Part shown: piece after piece, positions 1 through 13,600 of the stretch
How the letters are laid out: the number at the start of each line of letters is the position of its first letter
Numbering within the stretch: position 1 is the first letter of the stretch
NCBI GenBank assembly: GCA_002633005.1
Contig: NMRA01000282.1
Span: 458,101 to 521,747 of the forward strand
Direction: 5' to 3'
Length of the DNA stretch: 63,647 bases
From: Phoronis australis
Lineage: Eukaryota; Animalia; Phoronida
Made by a program: the position numbers and the translations under genes
Notes under the pieces: model-generated
Told to the model about the DNA's origin: nothing
Seen by the model: the letters and a program-made list of their open reading frames with translations, nothing else
Databases searched by the model: none

Positions 1-186
1 CTTATTGCCTCCTAACGGAGAGAGAGGTGGCTTCAAATGAAAGTTCATGCATACTGTACATTTTCAAATAAGATGGAAATGAGTAAAAACAATCTACTGA
101 CCTGATAAGCGATGCTTGAAGTGACATCTCTCAATAAAACTTTCACGTTTACGTTTGCAAAAACCGAACCGGCGACAAAACGGAAA

Positions 187-194
187 CGGAAGTG
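187..194 (+). promoter_or_regulatory. ETS/GABP-like motif CGGAAGTG in a CpG-richer stretch, probable PPCS promoter region (possible non-coding first exon ending at donor 313 GTAAGT)
   Basis: CGGAAACGGAAGTG at 181-194; CpG density higher than in the flanks; donor-like AC|GTAAGT at 312/313; the PPCS ATG exon starts with an acceptor, so an upstream UTR exon is needed. Confidence 0.35.
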
Positions 195-1339
195 CAACTT
201 GCTGCGACCTTGACCCCTGACTTGAATGACAGTTGTTGGGAACACGGGAGACAGGAGAGGGAGCCGGTTTCTCTGCGGGTTCGGAAACTGAAGGAAGGTT
301 TGTGGGTTGAACGTAAGTCACTGAATGTTAAAAGGTGCTGCAATTGCAAGTCAGGTTGTCTGGTAGGCAATACATCGCCTTCGCCGTGGGCTCCGAATCG
401 GCGAATTTTTGCAAGTTTTTATTGGCTGCAGTGCTCTATTACTATTACTATTCTAGTATTTGTCTTTTCATTCGTCAAAGTATTACTGCTGTTTTGTGGG
501 TTGTAACTGCTGAAATAAATTGGAATGTCAAAAACACACTGGTAATTTTTCAACGTGTTGGCTTCTGAAATTGAATTTTTCATGAAAAGTTAGTGCAGAA
601 TTTCTTTTTTGGCTGAAGAAGCATTTGATAAACATTGGCCAAAATGCTGTGATGGTTTTTTATCTGTTGACAACACTTTTATTTATTTATTGAAAGCACT
701 GAACAATAGACAAAGAATGCACACACACACACACCACTCACGCCCATACATTTCGAGACACGGCAACAAAATTAGAACCCTTGCGTAGCCTACTGAAGAA
801 AACAAAACAGCTAGACACGGCCATCTATTGCTAAATTTTTTATATTCATTATTTCTGAAATAGAGATATTTTTCCCTTTGAATGTACTTAAGCACCTCCT
901 TCCTGAACATTTTGAAGGGAAATCGTAGTCTTTGATAGTAGATGTGATATTTTCCGAGACTGAGCGATGTAATTTGCCAAAGAAAACTGTAGACAAGAGA
1001 TTAAGTTTAGCAAATAACCAATGACTGATTGCAGACCAACAATTATTGGTCGCAATACAATTCAAGTATAAACAAGTCATATTTTCTGGCTCTTTTTTGA
1101 AGAGATCTGATTGATTGACATCAATTTTGATAAGAGGTCAACCTACAGACAAAAATTTAAAATTGCGTCTACATTAGCATTTAGGTGTCATCTAAAGGCA
1201 CAGTCTCTCTAGTTTCAGGGCTCATATTTGAATTTCCTATCGCTTTTGATTATTTCCTAATCGGACTCATTTTTGGAGGTCAATTAACCCTAAACAAGTA
1301 CCCTCTTTTTTATGTGTCTTGCTAATTATTATCACAAAT

Positions 1340-3841
1340 AAGCTAATTATGGGTATCTTGTTACACTGTCAAATTTGTGCAATCACATGAACCCTAAATT
1401 TTCTAAAAAAATATCATTTGATCTGTTTCGCATCATCGACCTCCTTGGTTCAAAGGTCAACTCCTGGATATCATGGTGCTGTACGTCCATCACAAAAAAG
1501 TGCTAAAAAGTTTTAAGTAATTTCAGATTTTCTTTTAACTTGTTTCTCAATGATATTGACCCAAATTTTAGACCCTCAGAGATTATTCGTTAAGTCAGAA
1601 ATCGTTTGACGGATGTACGGAAAATTTGTACATCCGTCACGTACGTCCGTCACACCCATGAAATTACAACTTTTTAGCCAATAAAAATAAACTTAGGTCT
1701 TATTTTTACTTTCCAAACATGCAGAAGATGGAATTAGTCTCACACCTAAGAACTTAAAATAATAAATATTACAAAGACTGCCATAAAATCAAGTACAGAA
1801 GTTACTCCGCATTTATTGAAACTAGATGCACTGGACCTTTTTCAATTTCAAAAGTATTTGCTGAAAAGTTATACTTTATGGTATCGTCTAGTTATTCTTA
1901 AGAGAATTCAACTTGTAAAAATTAGACACTGGGACCACATCATAGGATGTAAATAAAACAAATTGTTAATGTAATGAATTTATTATTTTTATGTTAGTGC
2001 CCATGTTTGCAAAGAAATCCTTAGTATTTTGGAAAACGTCTGAAGCAAATAGTATTCATATCAAAGATTTCTATGGGTGCCCTGGAGTTAGAATTATAGG
2101 AGATCGAAAAGAATAGATATCAAGTTGCTGTTCTGGAATCATCATTTTATTTTTGCTATGACTTGCTATGCTGTTTTTTGGTGAAAAAGCCAATGCTGGA
2201 CATTTTAACAGTGGTAGCAAACTGTGAGCTACTTTATATCTATTTTTGTCACACCTTCAGTGACTATAGCAGCTCTTGTGTTTTTCAGTGTCTTGGGTGT
2301 CTTGTATGAAATGATTTCATAGCAAATGGTTACACTGTCTCATTTTACATGTTTTTGGCAAAACAAGAACCTTAATCTGCAATTTTTGGAGAAAGGTTAT
2401 CTCTTTTTTTTACTGAGATTCAAGGAGATTGAACCAGCATTTAGAAACAAAAGAAGGAATTGTTGGAGACCAGATGCAACTGGGAGAGGAACAAATATTT
2501 GCTGGAAAGTTCTCTGAAACTCGAAATGATGCCATCATGGATCAAGAAATTCATAATTGTATCTGCATGAACCGCAAAACAACCTTAATTTAATGCATCT
2601 TTTAAATTGAAAAGCAGACAACATGGAATTAAAAAAATAATAAATGAAAAGCTAATCAAGCTTATCACTAACAACCAACAATTGATAATGTTATTAGCTC
2701 CACATATTCCTAAATCATAATCCTAAATTTGATGTCTGCCTTAACACTGCAAGACAGCACCGGTGTTTTCGATCAAAATTCGAATGCCCTAGATGATGCT
2801 GTCAAGTGTCAACTAAACAATGCTGAACCAGATGTTTGCTTCATAGTTTTTATAAGAAGATACTGAAGTCCTGATACTGATATTTTTAAAACAGCACCTT
2901 TATTATTAACATGGGCATGCATCAAAACTATCAGTGACATGGCCCAGACAAGTCTGTACAAGCTCAGGGCAAGACCTACTATAAGAAATGAATAATTAAA
3001 AGGCATATTTATTACAATGATGATTAATGCTGTTTTAAACTTTATTTCAGATTTTATATTGAGTATAGTCATATTTACTTATTGGTTTTGAATTTTTATT
3101 AGAGCTACTAATCACATAGAAACAGCTTTCCTGATTACCAACAAATGTCGAGTACAAAATAAATATCTCTCTCATTACCATCCAGATCTTCAAAGAAAAG
3201 TGAGGTTTTTAGGTGGTTGTTTTGTATTTTTAATCAAATGTGTTGAAAAGTTGAAATCCCAGCATTGGCTTACATGGGGTGATGATTTCGTGTAAAAGGT
3301 CAATCGGTGTATTTTGATTTAAAAAAAAATGGAATCAGTAGCAAAAGACCAATATAACCTAAATACCTAAATACTGTAGTTTGAATTATTCTGAACTGAT
3401 ATCTTAGCCACAACAAACAATTTAATACTAGAAATTAAGAGCGTATGTCCGTCATGTACATCTGTCACACTAACTCACCTTACATAGTGTTGTGTAACAA
3501 AAATTTCTTAAAAGATCTCATCAAAAAAATTATTATGTTGTACTTTACAAACATTCCACTAAATCATCATAAAAACAAAAAATTCTAACTTAATGCAACT
3601 TGGAAAATTAACGTTAAAATTTTTTTTCAAAAATTCAAATTCGCTGCGTACGTCTGTTACTCCCCTTTAAAGGAAATTTTCTCAGTCAGATTAAAAGATA
3701 GAAGAAAAGTTTATACATGCTTTGGAAGCTATCAATGAGACCTAACAATTGATGTATTAGTTATTTGCCTAGGATGAAAACTCTTTTTACAATTGGTCAA
3801 AATGTTCTCTGACTGTACGTCTGTCACAAATGGAATTGCCC
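1340..3841 (+). mobile_element. Degenerate DNA transposon remnant, Sola-like (left boundary uncertain)
   Basis: Relic at 2326-2460 reads ...WQNKN...LQFLEKGY...RFKEIE, resembling the Sola GQNKN / FLxxGHxxxxxDxDFxxIE motifs; GTACGTCYGTCAC-like motif repeated near 1480, 1629, 1641, 3456, 3648, 3815; GGAATTGCCC end at 3832-3841. Confidence 0.35.
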
Positions 3842-4475
3842 AAGAAATACATTTGTTGCCACAATTCTTTGAAGGAACCTTACCTGGAACCACTTTAACT
3901 AACCTCGTATCATGGGTAAATCAGTAATGTTGACCTATGATTCCCTCTTTAGCTATTGGTTTGTCTTTTGTAAAAGCATTTAATTAAGCCATAATATGCA
4001 CTTTTGTTCCCAAGTTTGGAAGCAACTATTTTGAGTTGATGCATGTTTGCATAAATGCAATGATTCAGCATGGTAGATAATTGCCGTTTACATCGTGACT
4101 TCGGACAAAAGACTGAATCTGGCGATTACCAAAAGAAAGATTCATATGGCCTCTGAAAATGGTATGATCTGGAAAAGGGAATAAACGGGAGTTGTGATGT
4201 GAAGATGCCTTTTCAATTCCTGTTCTTTAAATGGTAGAAATGGGGAATCTTGCCATGGCCATACTGTACCTCGACAATTTCCAGCATGACCTGTGAAAAG
4301 TGCTTGACATTCCAAAAATGAGGACAGTTAAAACAACGTGCTGTCTTACCTCTGCGGTAAAGGAGAGTTTATCTCTGTGTTATCAGGATCGACTCTGTTA
4401 ATTCAAGTGTCAAGGTTATGCTAAGTCTCGGACATAACTTCTCATTTGTCTTGCTTCTTGTTACAGCTTAAGAAC

Positions 4476-4613
4476 ATGACTTCAACCAGTCGAGAATGTC
4501 AAAATTTCTTTGACTCTACAAAACAACCAGAAGATTTTGAAAAGAAAAAAGAGCTAGCAAAATCGTTTGTCCACCACCATGCCCAGGAGGGAAACAAGAT
4601 AGTTTTAATCACG
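4476..4613 (+). CDS. PPCS: PPCS coding exon 1 (MTSTSREC...KIVLIT), GC donor
   Basis: Acceptor TTACAG at 4461-4466, ATG 4476, ends ACG|GCAAGT. Confidence 0.85.
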
Positions 4614-7600
4614 GCAAGTAAATGGAGTTATTGGTTCAATAAGAATGACATGAATGATATCTAGCTAGGTAGCATCACATATTTATGCCAAATTTCTTGC
4701 GATAAAAGTGAGATCACGCAAGACCATGGAAAATCACACACAAGTGAAAGACAAGTATTTCGCGAGTATGCTCAAGACTTTGTTGACATAACTTGGCAAA
4801 ATGACAGACAATGAAGGGATCAGTCGGATGATAAGGCTGTAATGTTAATTGATGGGATAGAATTCATAAATTATGGGATGTGATTCATAAATTATGGGAT
4901 ATGATTCATAAATTATGGGATAGAATTCATAAATTGGATATAATTCAGTGTTTTCATTTCATAAGCAAAGCTTTTTCGCTGCAAGTGCCAGATGTATGGT
5001 AGTTCTTCTTCTTTTTAGTATGCAATAGATTATGGCCTACAAGAAAAAAAATTGTGTACAAAAATATAGATAGCAGAATTTTTAGTCTGTTTTTACCCTG
5101 GTTTACACTGGGTGTGATGTCATAAAGCTGCATCTGGAAAAAATTCTATTCCTTGCAGCAATGCAATTCAGCCTTTGCAAAATGGAAAAAAATGACAGTT
5201 TCGGCTATTATTTTTGTGTAAAATAAGTCATTCTGGGATCAGCTATTCAGAATCCAAACAGGAATAATAAAGTAATTATCTTCTCAACCAGAACCATAAA
5301 TCCTTTGATAGGTGGTGTTTAGTTACAAAGCCCAACTGGGACAGTTGTATGACTAAGGGTTCACAAAGAACAACTTTCATTAATCTAACCAGCCAATTTC
5401 AAAAGGCCTATTGTATGCGCGTGACACCCATGATGATTTACAATGGTACGCAAAATTCTAAGCCACAGTGTGGGCTAGGTACCACCTCCAAGGGTAAAAT
5501 GAGTGAAGAATTGTCGTTCTGTAGGAACTCGGCACTGAGGTCAACTTGGTTTGAGTAGTAATTGGTCAATGAACAAAACATTTATCCTACGTTGCTTACA
5601 TTCACTCGGCAAAACTAATTGCCATTCATGGGTGGGAAGTATGATAAAATGTCACCAGTTTCGGACAAAAATAGTTGCCAAAATTAACCGTTTTTCATTT
5701 TTCAAGTGGTTCTAACATTGTTGCCAATGTCCGTATTCTTTTCAAAAAGTTGCCTGGTGGTAGCTACTACTATGGTATAGAACTCGACAATGGTAAAATA
5801 TTAATTTGGTGCTATAGGTCTTAAATGGGAGAACATCCCTTGTCCACCTTAGTGTGTCCTAAGGTGGCGATGGACTAGTATCTCATCCAGGGGGAATTGA
5901 AAGACTGTCATCCACTCACGTTACAGAAACTGTAGTTAGCAGGTGACGCAATGGGCCTGATGAGTCATGAACTATTTACTCTTTTGTTGCCAGTTACATT
6001 GCAGTCAGGCCAGTAATTAAACTGTTATCATGTTCTATTGCAGTCAGGTGGCACAACTGTACCGTTGGAGTCCAAGACCGTCCGTTTCATAGACAACTTT
6101 AGTGTTGGAACGAGAGGCTCAGTGTCGGCAGAGTATCCTTTTATTGTGTGAATACGTGCTTCCTGGAATTTTGCTTTGAGAACATATTCAGCAAACAAAA
6201 CTGCAGTAAGGTCCAGTTTTCAAATTTGATCAAATAACTTTTCATCAAAAACCTACAAAAGAGAGATTCAGTTCCACTTGTGACCAAGCACTCCTGAAGT
6301 AAGGTATCTTTTTCACCAGGAAGCTACGCAAAGGTCAAATTTCCCTGAAAACCCATAGTTTCAGCATAGCCTCCCCCAACAACTGATTTGATTGTAATGT
6401 GATGAATTTTGGCAACAAACAAACATGTCAAACAATTATGTCAGTACCAGACTTGTCTACGTTATTTCCTTGATTCACTGAAAAGATATTTCCTCAGTAT
6501 AGGATACGCTGTAATATTTCTACATCGAAATCGCTCTTTGCAGCCATTTCATCGGTACTTTGCTAAAACATCCATTCTGGATATCCTGAAAATTGATGGA
6601 AAATCTAGTGTTAAAGGTAGTGTTACTATAAAATTTCATTAATGTATTGAGCAATATGGTGTGGAATCTTAATTTTTCATAATGGTTGAGTAACACCAGA
6701 TGACGATTTTAGTATAAATTCCATATCTACCATCAGATGAATGTTTTTTGAAATTGTGGCCTTACACAATGATGTAAGAAGCCTTTGAAAATTGAAGAAA
6801 AATGTCAATTTTGACTCTCTAGAGTTGATGAGATTTGGCAGTATTGTTTGATATTTTCTTCACGTTCATTCCTGCATATCTAGAATTCTTGTCTGTAAAC
6901 TATGTAGTTCATCTCTATATCATGGACTTCAGAAAAAGAATTAAGTCAGAATTCCATTATTTTTCAGTAACAGTAATTTGTTATTCTTTTTCTAACATAG
7001 AGAAAACTGTTCAAGCTCAAGCTTTGTATGAGTGCCTTAGTTCTCAAACCCATCTCGCGTCCTTCTTTCAGATCGGTCCAAAAGAGGTCGCTTAAAAGAT
7101 TCATATTTCTGAAAGGGTTTCTAAGTACTATGTAGTTCTTCACTCAAAAAGTGGTTTAGGACTCTTTGCAATTATTAAAATGCTTGTACAGTTTGTACAT
7201 CCATGACCCTCTCCACCATTCAAGTTTGACTGCATTTTGGTGGGTATTGAGATCAATCAGATTAGCACTCTGTTGTGTGGTGGTGTACACAAGTCAAGTC
7301 TTCTTATTGTGTTGCTCAGGCAGGTTACACAATAGAGGTTGGGGCACATCAACAAAAGAACAGCAGTTGCAGTGCACATTATTTTTCTTTAATTGTAGTT
7401 GACACCTTTTTGCCATTCAAACAGTCACTTCAAGTTCAGTTTTCAATGATCGATTTAGTTTTTGTAGTCTAATGCGACTAACTGGTCACAGAGCCAGCCC
7501 TTATCCCTGTCAGCCATTTCTGTTCCCCAATGGTAACTTGGGTATTGTAATCCCAAACAGCATGAAACATTCATGGCTGGAAGTTGGAAAATGAGATGTA

Positions 7601-10600
7601 GCACCTAACGCATGCCATAGGTTGTTGGCCTTTGAATTCCTAAATAAATTGATTGAACTGACCTTATTTTCTTTTCAACTAGTCATTTCTCTTTCAGTTA
7701 AAGATGAACTTGCTGAAAAACTCTACAAGGTGCTTTCAATCTATGAGGGAGTGAAGAATGCTGGGAAGTTGCTCGTGATTGAGTACACGACCCTGGCTGA
7801 TTACCTCCACTTACTGAAGGATGTGTCTCTCATCCTGGACGGGCAAGGGAGAAAGGCTATGATTTATCTGGCAGCCGCTGTGTCTGACTTTTACATTCCT
7901 GCAGATGAAATGGTATCACTTTATTTATTATGGATTTTTATCGCAAACATTTCACTGTTTAAACTACAGGGTGTGGCAAAATACTCAGACATATTGGTAG
8001 GTTTAATAAAAACCAAAGAGAGTAAAGGTCAAATAAAGTGTTTTTATTTGTAAAGCGTTCGTACAGTGCCATTTTGTTCTTTTTTGTTGCCAAAATGAAT
8101 TGACTATCACATTTTCTATGTTAAGCCTTTATCTAGAACAATCACCCAGGATAATGAATCCCATGCAACATGGTTTGTGTTGCAGTTACAGATTCACTGT
8201 TCTTCCCCCAATGAAACTGCATTGCTCCACCATGTCATTCATTCTCGTAATCGAAAAAGAAATGAAATAAAATCAGGGAATACATACGTTTTGAAAATAA
8301 AACTTATATTTAAAATGCTTATATATGCAATATACTAATAGAATCTGGTTTCTTGCCTGTGGCAAGTCATTTACTTGGACAAGTGTCATTCATTCTTTGG
8401 TAGTTGTCATTCATTTTTGACATGTTTGTCCACTCTGTAATGTATTTCAGTCACTCTGTGACAAATGTCATTCATACTGTGTCATACAATCTTTGACATT
8501 TGTCACTCACTGTGTGACAAATGTCATTCACTCTGTGACCTGTGTCACTTATTGTGTGACATGTGTCATTCACTCTGACAACTGTCATTCATTCTGTAAC
8601 AAGTGCCATTCACTCTGTTGCATGTGTCATTCACTCTGTGACAAGTCTTATTCACTCTGTAGCCAGAACACAAGATCCAGTCATCGTCTGGCCCCTTGAA
8701 CCTCTCCCTCAGACTTGTACCAAAGATGCTGCAACCTCTGGTGAAGGATTGGGCTCCTGACGCATTTGTGGTCTCGTTTAAGGTATAGTGACATCTCTCT
8801 TGTGTAGCGTTTCCAGTTACATTAGAACACATGCAAATTATTTGACCATTAACACACACAGAGTTGGTTTCTTTGCGACACAAGTGATTACCTATTAGGA
8901 CCCTGCCATGATGAAGGAGGCCATTACACAAATAGGTGAATGCAGTCTGCACTGAAAGTGGCTCCCAAGTTTAATCTTGATTGGGGTCAGCTGGCTTAGA
9001 ACAGTGGTTGTCAAGGGGTTTGATGTCCTGTGGTCAATGGGACCCCCTAAGAGTCAATGAAAGCCTGGAGGGTCGGTGCTGTACTAGGGGGTCGATTGGG
9101 GGTATACTGGGATCAACGACAAATTCGAGTTTGTCATGCCATACACCATTATTTCATAAAAAATTGCTAGACTTCATTTATTAAGCAATTGTTAAGTGAA
9201 TTTATTCAAGTTCAGAGCATAAGTGTACCACAGTTTACACTCTCTCAATCTCCCGTGCTGTGGTTCCAAGGAATGTTTTATATTCTGATATGCTCAGTTT
9301 GTGTGCTCAAACAAATGCCATTCATTTTGAATAAACAATGAAAATGCAGCCTTTTGATTTAAATTTAAAAACAGTTATCACCATAAATAGAAAAAGAGCC
9401 CATCCAACCACCATTGCACCCATAGCGAAGGTTCCAGGATCTGATATTGAGCAGGCTCAACTTGGAATTCCTTATTCTAGGATATTGAGACAAATTATGT
9501 CAGAGCTTTGTCATTGCTAGTCGCTCACTATAACCATAGAAACCAGGTGGTGGTTGTAGTTTGTGGTAACTGTAAAGTTCTTTGTGTGAGTTTAGTAATG
9601 CACTAATACCCTGGATAGCATTATCTTTGGTGCCAGGAATCACACCATCAACATGGTTGTGCCAGGAATCACACCATCAACATGGTTGGAATGCAGTCTC
9701 CTGGTGAACAGCAAACATTCTTTGTTCACTGATACCTCGGTAACAGATCGACTGTAGAAGCCATCCAAAGTTCTAGGCTAACTTAATGAGATTTTCAAGC
9801 TTCAAGTACAAAGTACTGTAAAATCTCATCAATTTAGAAAAATGAAATTTTATTTTCTCATTTTTTCTATATAAATGTGTACCACCAAGTTATTGCACTT
9901 CCATGTTCAAGTTGTGTACCATAGCTACCACCAGACAATAGTTTGAAAAATTGTGGACATTAACAACAGTGTGAGAATCTCTTGGAAAATGAAAAAGACA
10001 ATTATTTTTGTCCGTAATTGGAGAAATTTTACAGTACATAAAACTATGTATCTTAAAGTTAGGATGAATTCACGGAGATGTGAGTGAAATTTGAGGACTT
10101 ACGAGCGACATAATGTATGGCTGCAGGGATGGACATTTTGAATGAAATTAGAAATTGACAGAAACAGTTTTGAAGCAGTCACAGTAAAAGTGATTCTCAT
10201 CTCCACTCATAACGTTAATTTCTTTGAATTATCAAATGAAACAATATTTATGGATAACCATATCCTGAAATTCATGGAAATTATATTTATCAAAAGAATT
10301 CTTTTCAATGCTCAGAAATGACACAAGTAGAATTCAGATGTGGTTGTCATTTTCAGGAATATTCATTAACCCAATTACAAACTAGAGTCGTTACTTTTGG
10401 CACACCCTGTGAACATGAAGCACGGAGCTCCGCTCAGAAAGAGAAGGTTCCTCAAAGCTTTCTTACACAAATGATAGCCTTTGCTGGTGAAGTATAGTTG
10501 AGCCAGGCTACAATGAACATTCTGGGAACTTTGCTAAAACTTTTTTTTTTCGGAATTTGGCAGTCACCTAATTAAATTATGTACAGCACGAATGGCTTGG

Positions 10601-13600
10601 GATATGTTCAATGGAACACTAAAAGCTAACAGAGTTCATTAAGTAACTGTGCTTTAATGCAGTTAGACTGTAATGGTAATCTTGTTTCAACTTGTATTAC
10701 TGTGTAATGTTGTATACTAGTATTACTTCTCTTGTTCTAGCTTGAAACAGATGAATCGCTGCTGCTAACAAAGTGCAAGGCGGCTATCGCAAAATACAAC
10801 CACCAGGTATGCACTGGGGGGCAGGGCGAAATTGTTTGGTGACTAGGGGGTGGTATGAAATGAGCGGCAACCTGAGGTCACTTTAATTTGCTGTTACCAG
10901 GTGGGCAAACACAATTACACTGAAAAGAGGCGTCTTTTTGGTAATGAGCACGGGGTGCGTGACCTCGTTGTGCCCCCCCTCCATGGGCGTCACACCGTAG
11001 GGGGCTGGGGGGCTATAGCCCCCACTTTTTTCAGTGCTGCGCCGCCCACGGTCTATGGGCGGTGCACCACAGGGGCCTGGGGGCTGTAGCCCCCACTTTT
11101 TCCAGTGCTGCGCCATCCATGCCCTTGTGAGTACAACAGTGCAGATATGGCTTGGTGTCTCCTGTACTGCTCCACCAGCACACACAGTTTTATTTGTGCA
11201 AACTGTTAGGAGTCTTAAAAATTAATTTGCTGTATGTATTGAAGGTGTAAGTTGTTTAGATGTCTACTAGGAGTCTGCTGTAGTATTGTGGTTAGCTTGG
11301 GTGAGAAAAGTAGAGAATGAAATTTTAAAAGATGGGCACTGGTAAATAATTCAGATGAGAATTGGCCAATCAAAATTCCTTAAAATTGTATTGATATTCC
11401 AGAGGAAAGATTTGGTCGTATTTAGTTTTGGAAAACCCACTGTGTACTCCTTACCTGAGATTTAATTTAGGTCATCAAATTTTTGGGGGACAGGCTAGCA
11501 TTGCTATTTGCTGAAGCATTTCTTTACTCAGAAATCTGATGGCTTTTTGTGGCAACAGCAGTTAGTCCTATCGTAGCCGAGTAACTTGGGAGTCTGCCCT
11601 GTCAAAGTTTTTATGGGTTATAGGTAAATTTCCAAATTTGACTAACCTCATATCTCAGAAATAGATGATTGGATTCAAGGACAACTTTCAGATACTATGC
11701 TTTATGTTCTGTTCTCAAACGCTTTAGGGAATACTGTTTTTAAAATGCTCCACTTTGGCATAGGGGCTTTCAAAAATCTGTACTTTCGGGATTTCTTGAT
11801 CTTGGTAGACAGAGAGTTGTAAAAGCTTTCAAAATTTTGCACCACTTGTCACCCCCCATTTCTGTGGGACCTTCTCACAGTTCGCAGGACCCCATATAAT
11901 TTGAGATCATCCAACAGGACACATTCCCCAGTGCAGAACCACTCGTTATGGTCTGCCTACGGCTCTAATTTATGGAACTCTTTGCCAGAGGAGGCAAGAT
12001 CGAGCCTACATCTAAACATTTGGGCAATATGCAAACACATGGACTGAATCTCCCTGCAGTGCTAATAGTTTAATCTTGTTAATGTTGTGTATATACACAA
12101 AACGTACCGAGAGTGTCGTACATGAAGTAATATCCCACGAAGGTCGAGGTCGATACACGGAATAATGTCGAGTGGGATATTACTTCATGTACGCCGATCA
12201 AGGTATGTTTTGTATTTATCCCATACACTTCGAATTCCTAAGTTTCTTTCATTTTTTCCACAGATTTTTTAAATATTTCACTCAATCCAGTCAAGTCACA
12301 NTGCAAGGCGGCTATCGCAAAATACAACCACCAGGTATGCACTGGGGGGCAGGGCGAAATTGTTTGGTGACTAGGGGGTGGTATGAAATGAGCGGCAACC
12401 TGAGGTCACTTTAATTTGCTGTTACCAGGTGGGCAAACACAATTACACTGAAAAGAGGCGTCTTTTTGGTAATGAGCACGGGGTGCGTGACCTCGTTGTG
12501 CCCCCCCTCCATGGGCGTCACACCGTAGGGGGCTGGGGGGCTATAGCCCCCACTTTTTTCAGTGCTGCGCCGCCCACGGTCTATGGGCGGTGCACCACAG
12601 GGGCCTGGGGGCTGTAGCCCCCACTTTTTCCAGTGCTGCGCCATCCATGCCCTTGTGAGTACAACAGTGCAGATATGGCTTGGTGTCTCCTGTACTGCTC
12701 CACCAGCACACACAGTTTTATTTGTGCAAACTGTTAGGAGTCTTAAAAATTAATTTGCTGTATGTATTGAAGGTGTAAGTTGTTTAGATGTCTACTAGGA
12801 GTCTGCTGTAGTATTGTGGTTAGCTTGGGTGAGAAAAGTAGAGAATGAAATTTTAAAAGATGGGCACTGGTAAATAATTCAGATGAGAATTGGCCAATCA
12901 AAATTCCTTAAAATTGTATTGATATTCCAGAGGAAAGATTTGGTCGTATTTAGTTTTGGAAAACCCACTGTGTACTCCTTACCTGAGATTTAATTTAGGT
13001 CATCAAATTTTTGGGGGACAGGCTAGCATTGCTATTTGCTGAAGCATTTCTTTACTCAGAAATCTGATGGCTTTTTGTGGCAACAGCAGTTAGTCCTATC
13101 GTAGCCGAGTAACTTGGGAGTCTGCCCTGTCAAAGTTTTTATGGGTTATAGGTAAATTTCCAAATTTGACTAACCTCATATCTCAGAAATAGATGATTGG
13201 ATTCAAGGACAACTTTCAGATACTATGCTTTATGTTCTGTTCTCAAACGCTTTAGGGAATACTGTTTTTAAAATGCTCCACTTTGGCATAGGGGCTTTCA
13301 AAAATCTGTACTTTCGGGATTTCTTGATCTTGGTAGACAGAGAGTTGTAAAAGCTTTCAAAATTTTGCACCACTTGTCACCCCCCATTTCTGTGGGACCT
13401 TCTCACAGTTCGCAGGACCCCATATAATTTGAGATCATCCAACAGGACACATTCCCCAGTGCAGAACCACTCGTTATGGTCTGCCTACGGCTCTAATTTA
13501 TGGAACTCTTTGCCAGAGGAGGCAAGATCGAGCCTACATCTAAACATTTGGGCAATATGCAAACACATGGACTGAATCTCCCTGCAGTGCTAATAGTTTA

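Noticed and set aside
5950-5975. CTGATGAG hammerhead-like core
   Set aside because: No GAAA box or stems; part of a SINE tail
10883-11225. Overlapping ORFs on both strands
   Set aside because: By-product of a GC-rich MITE-like repeat; no protein motifs
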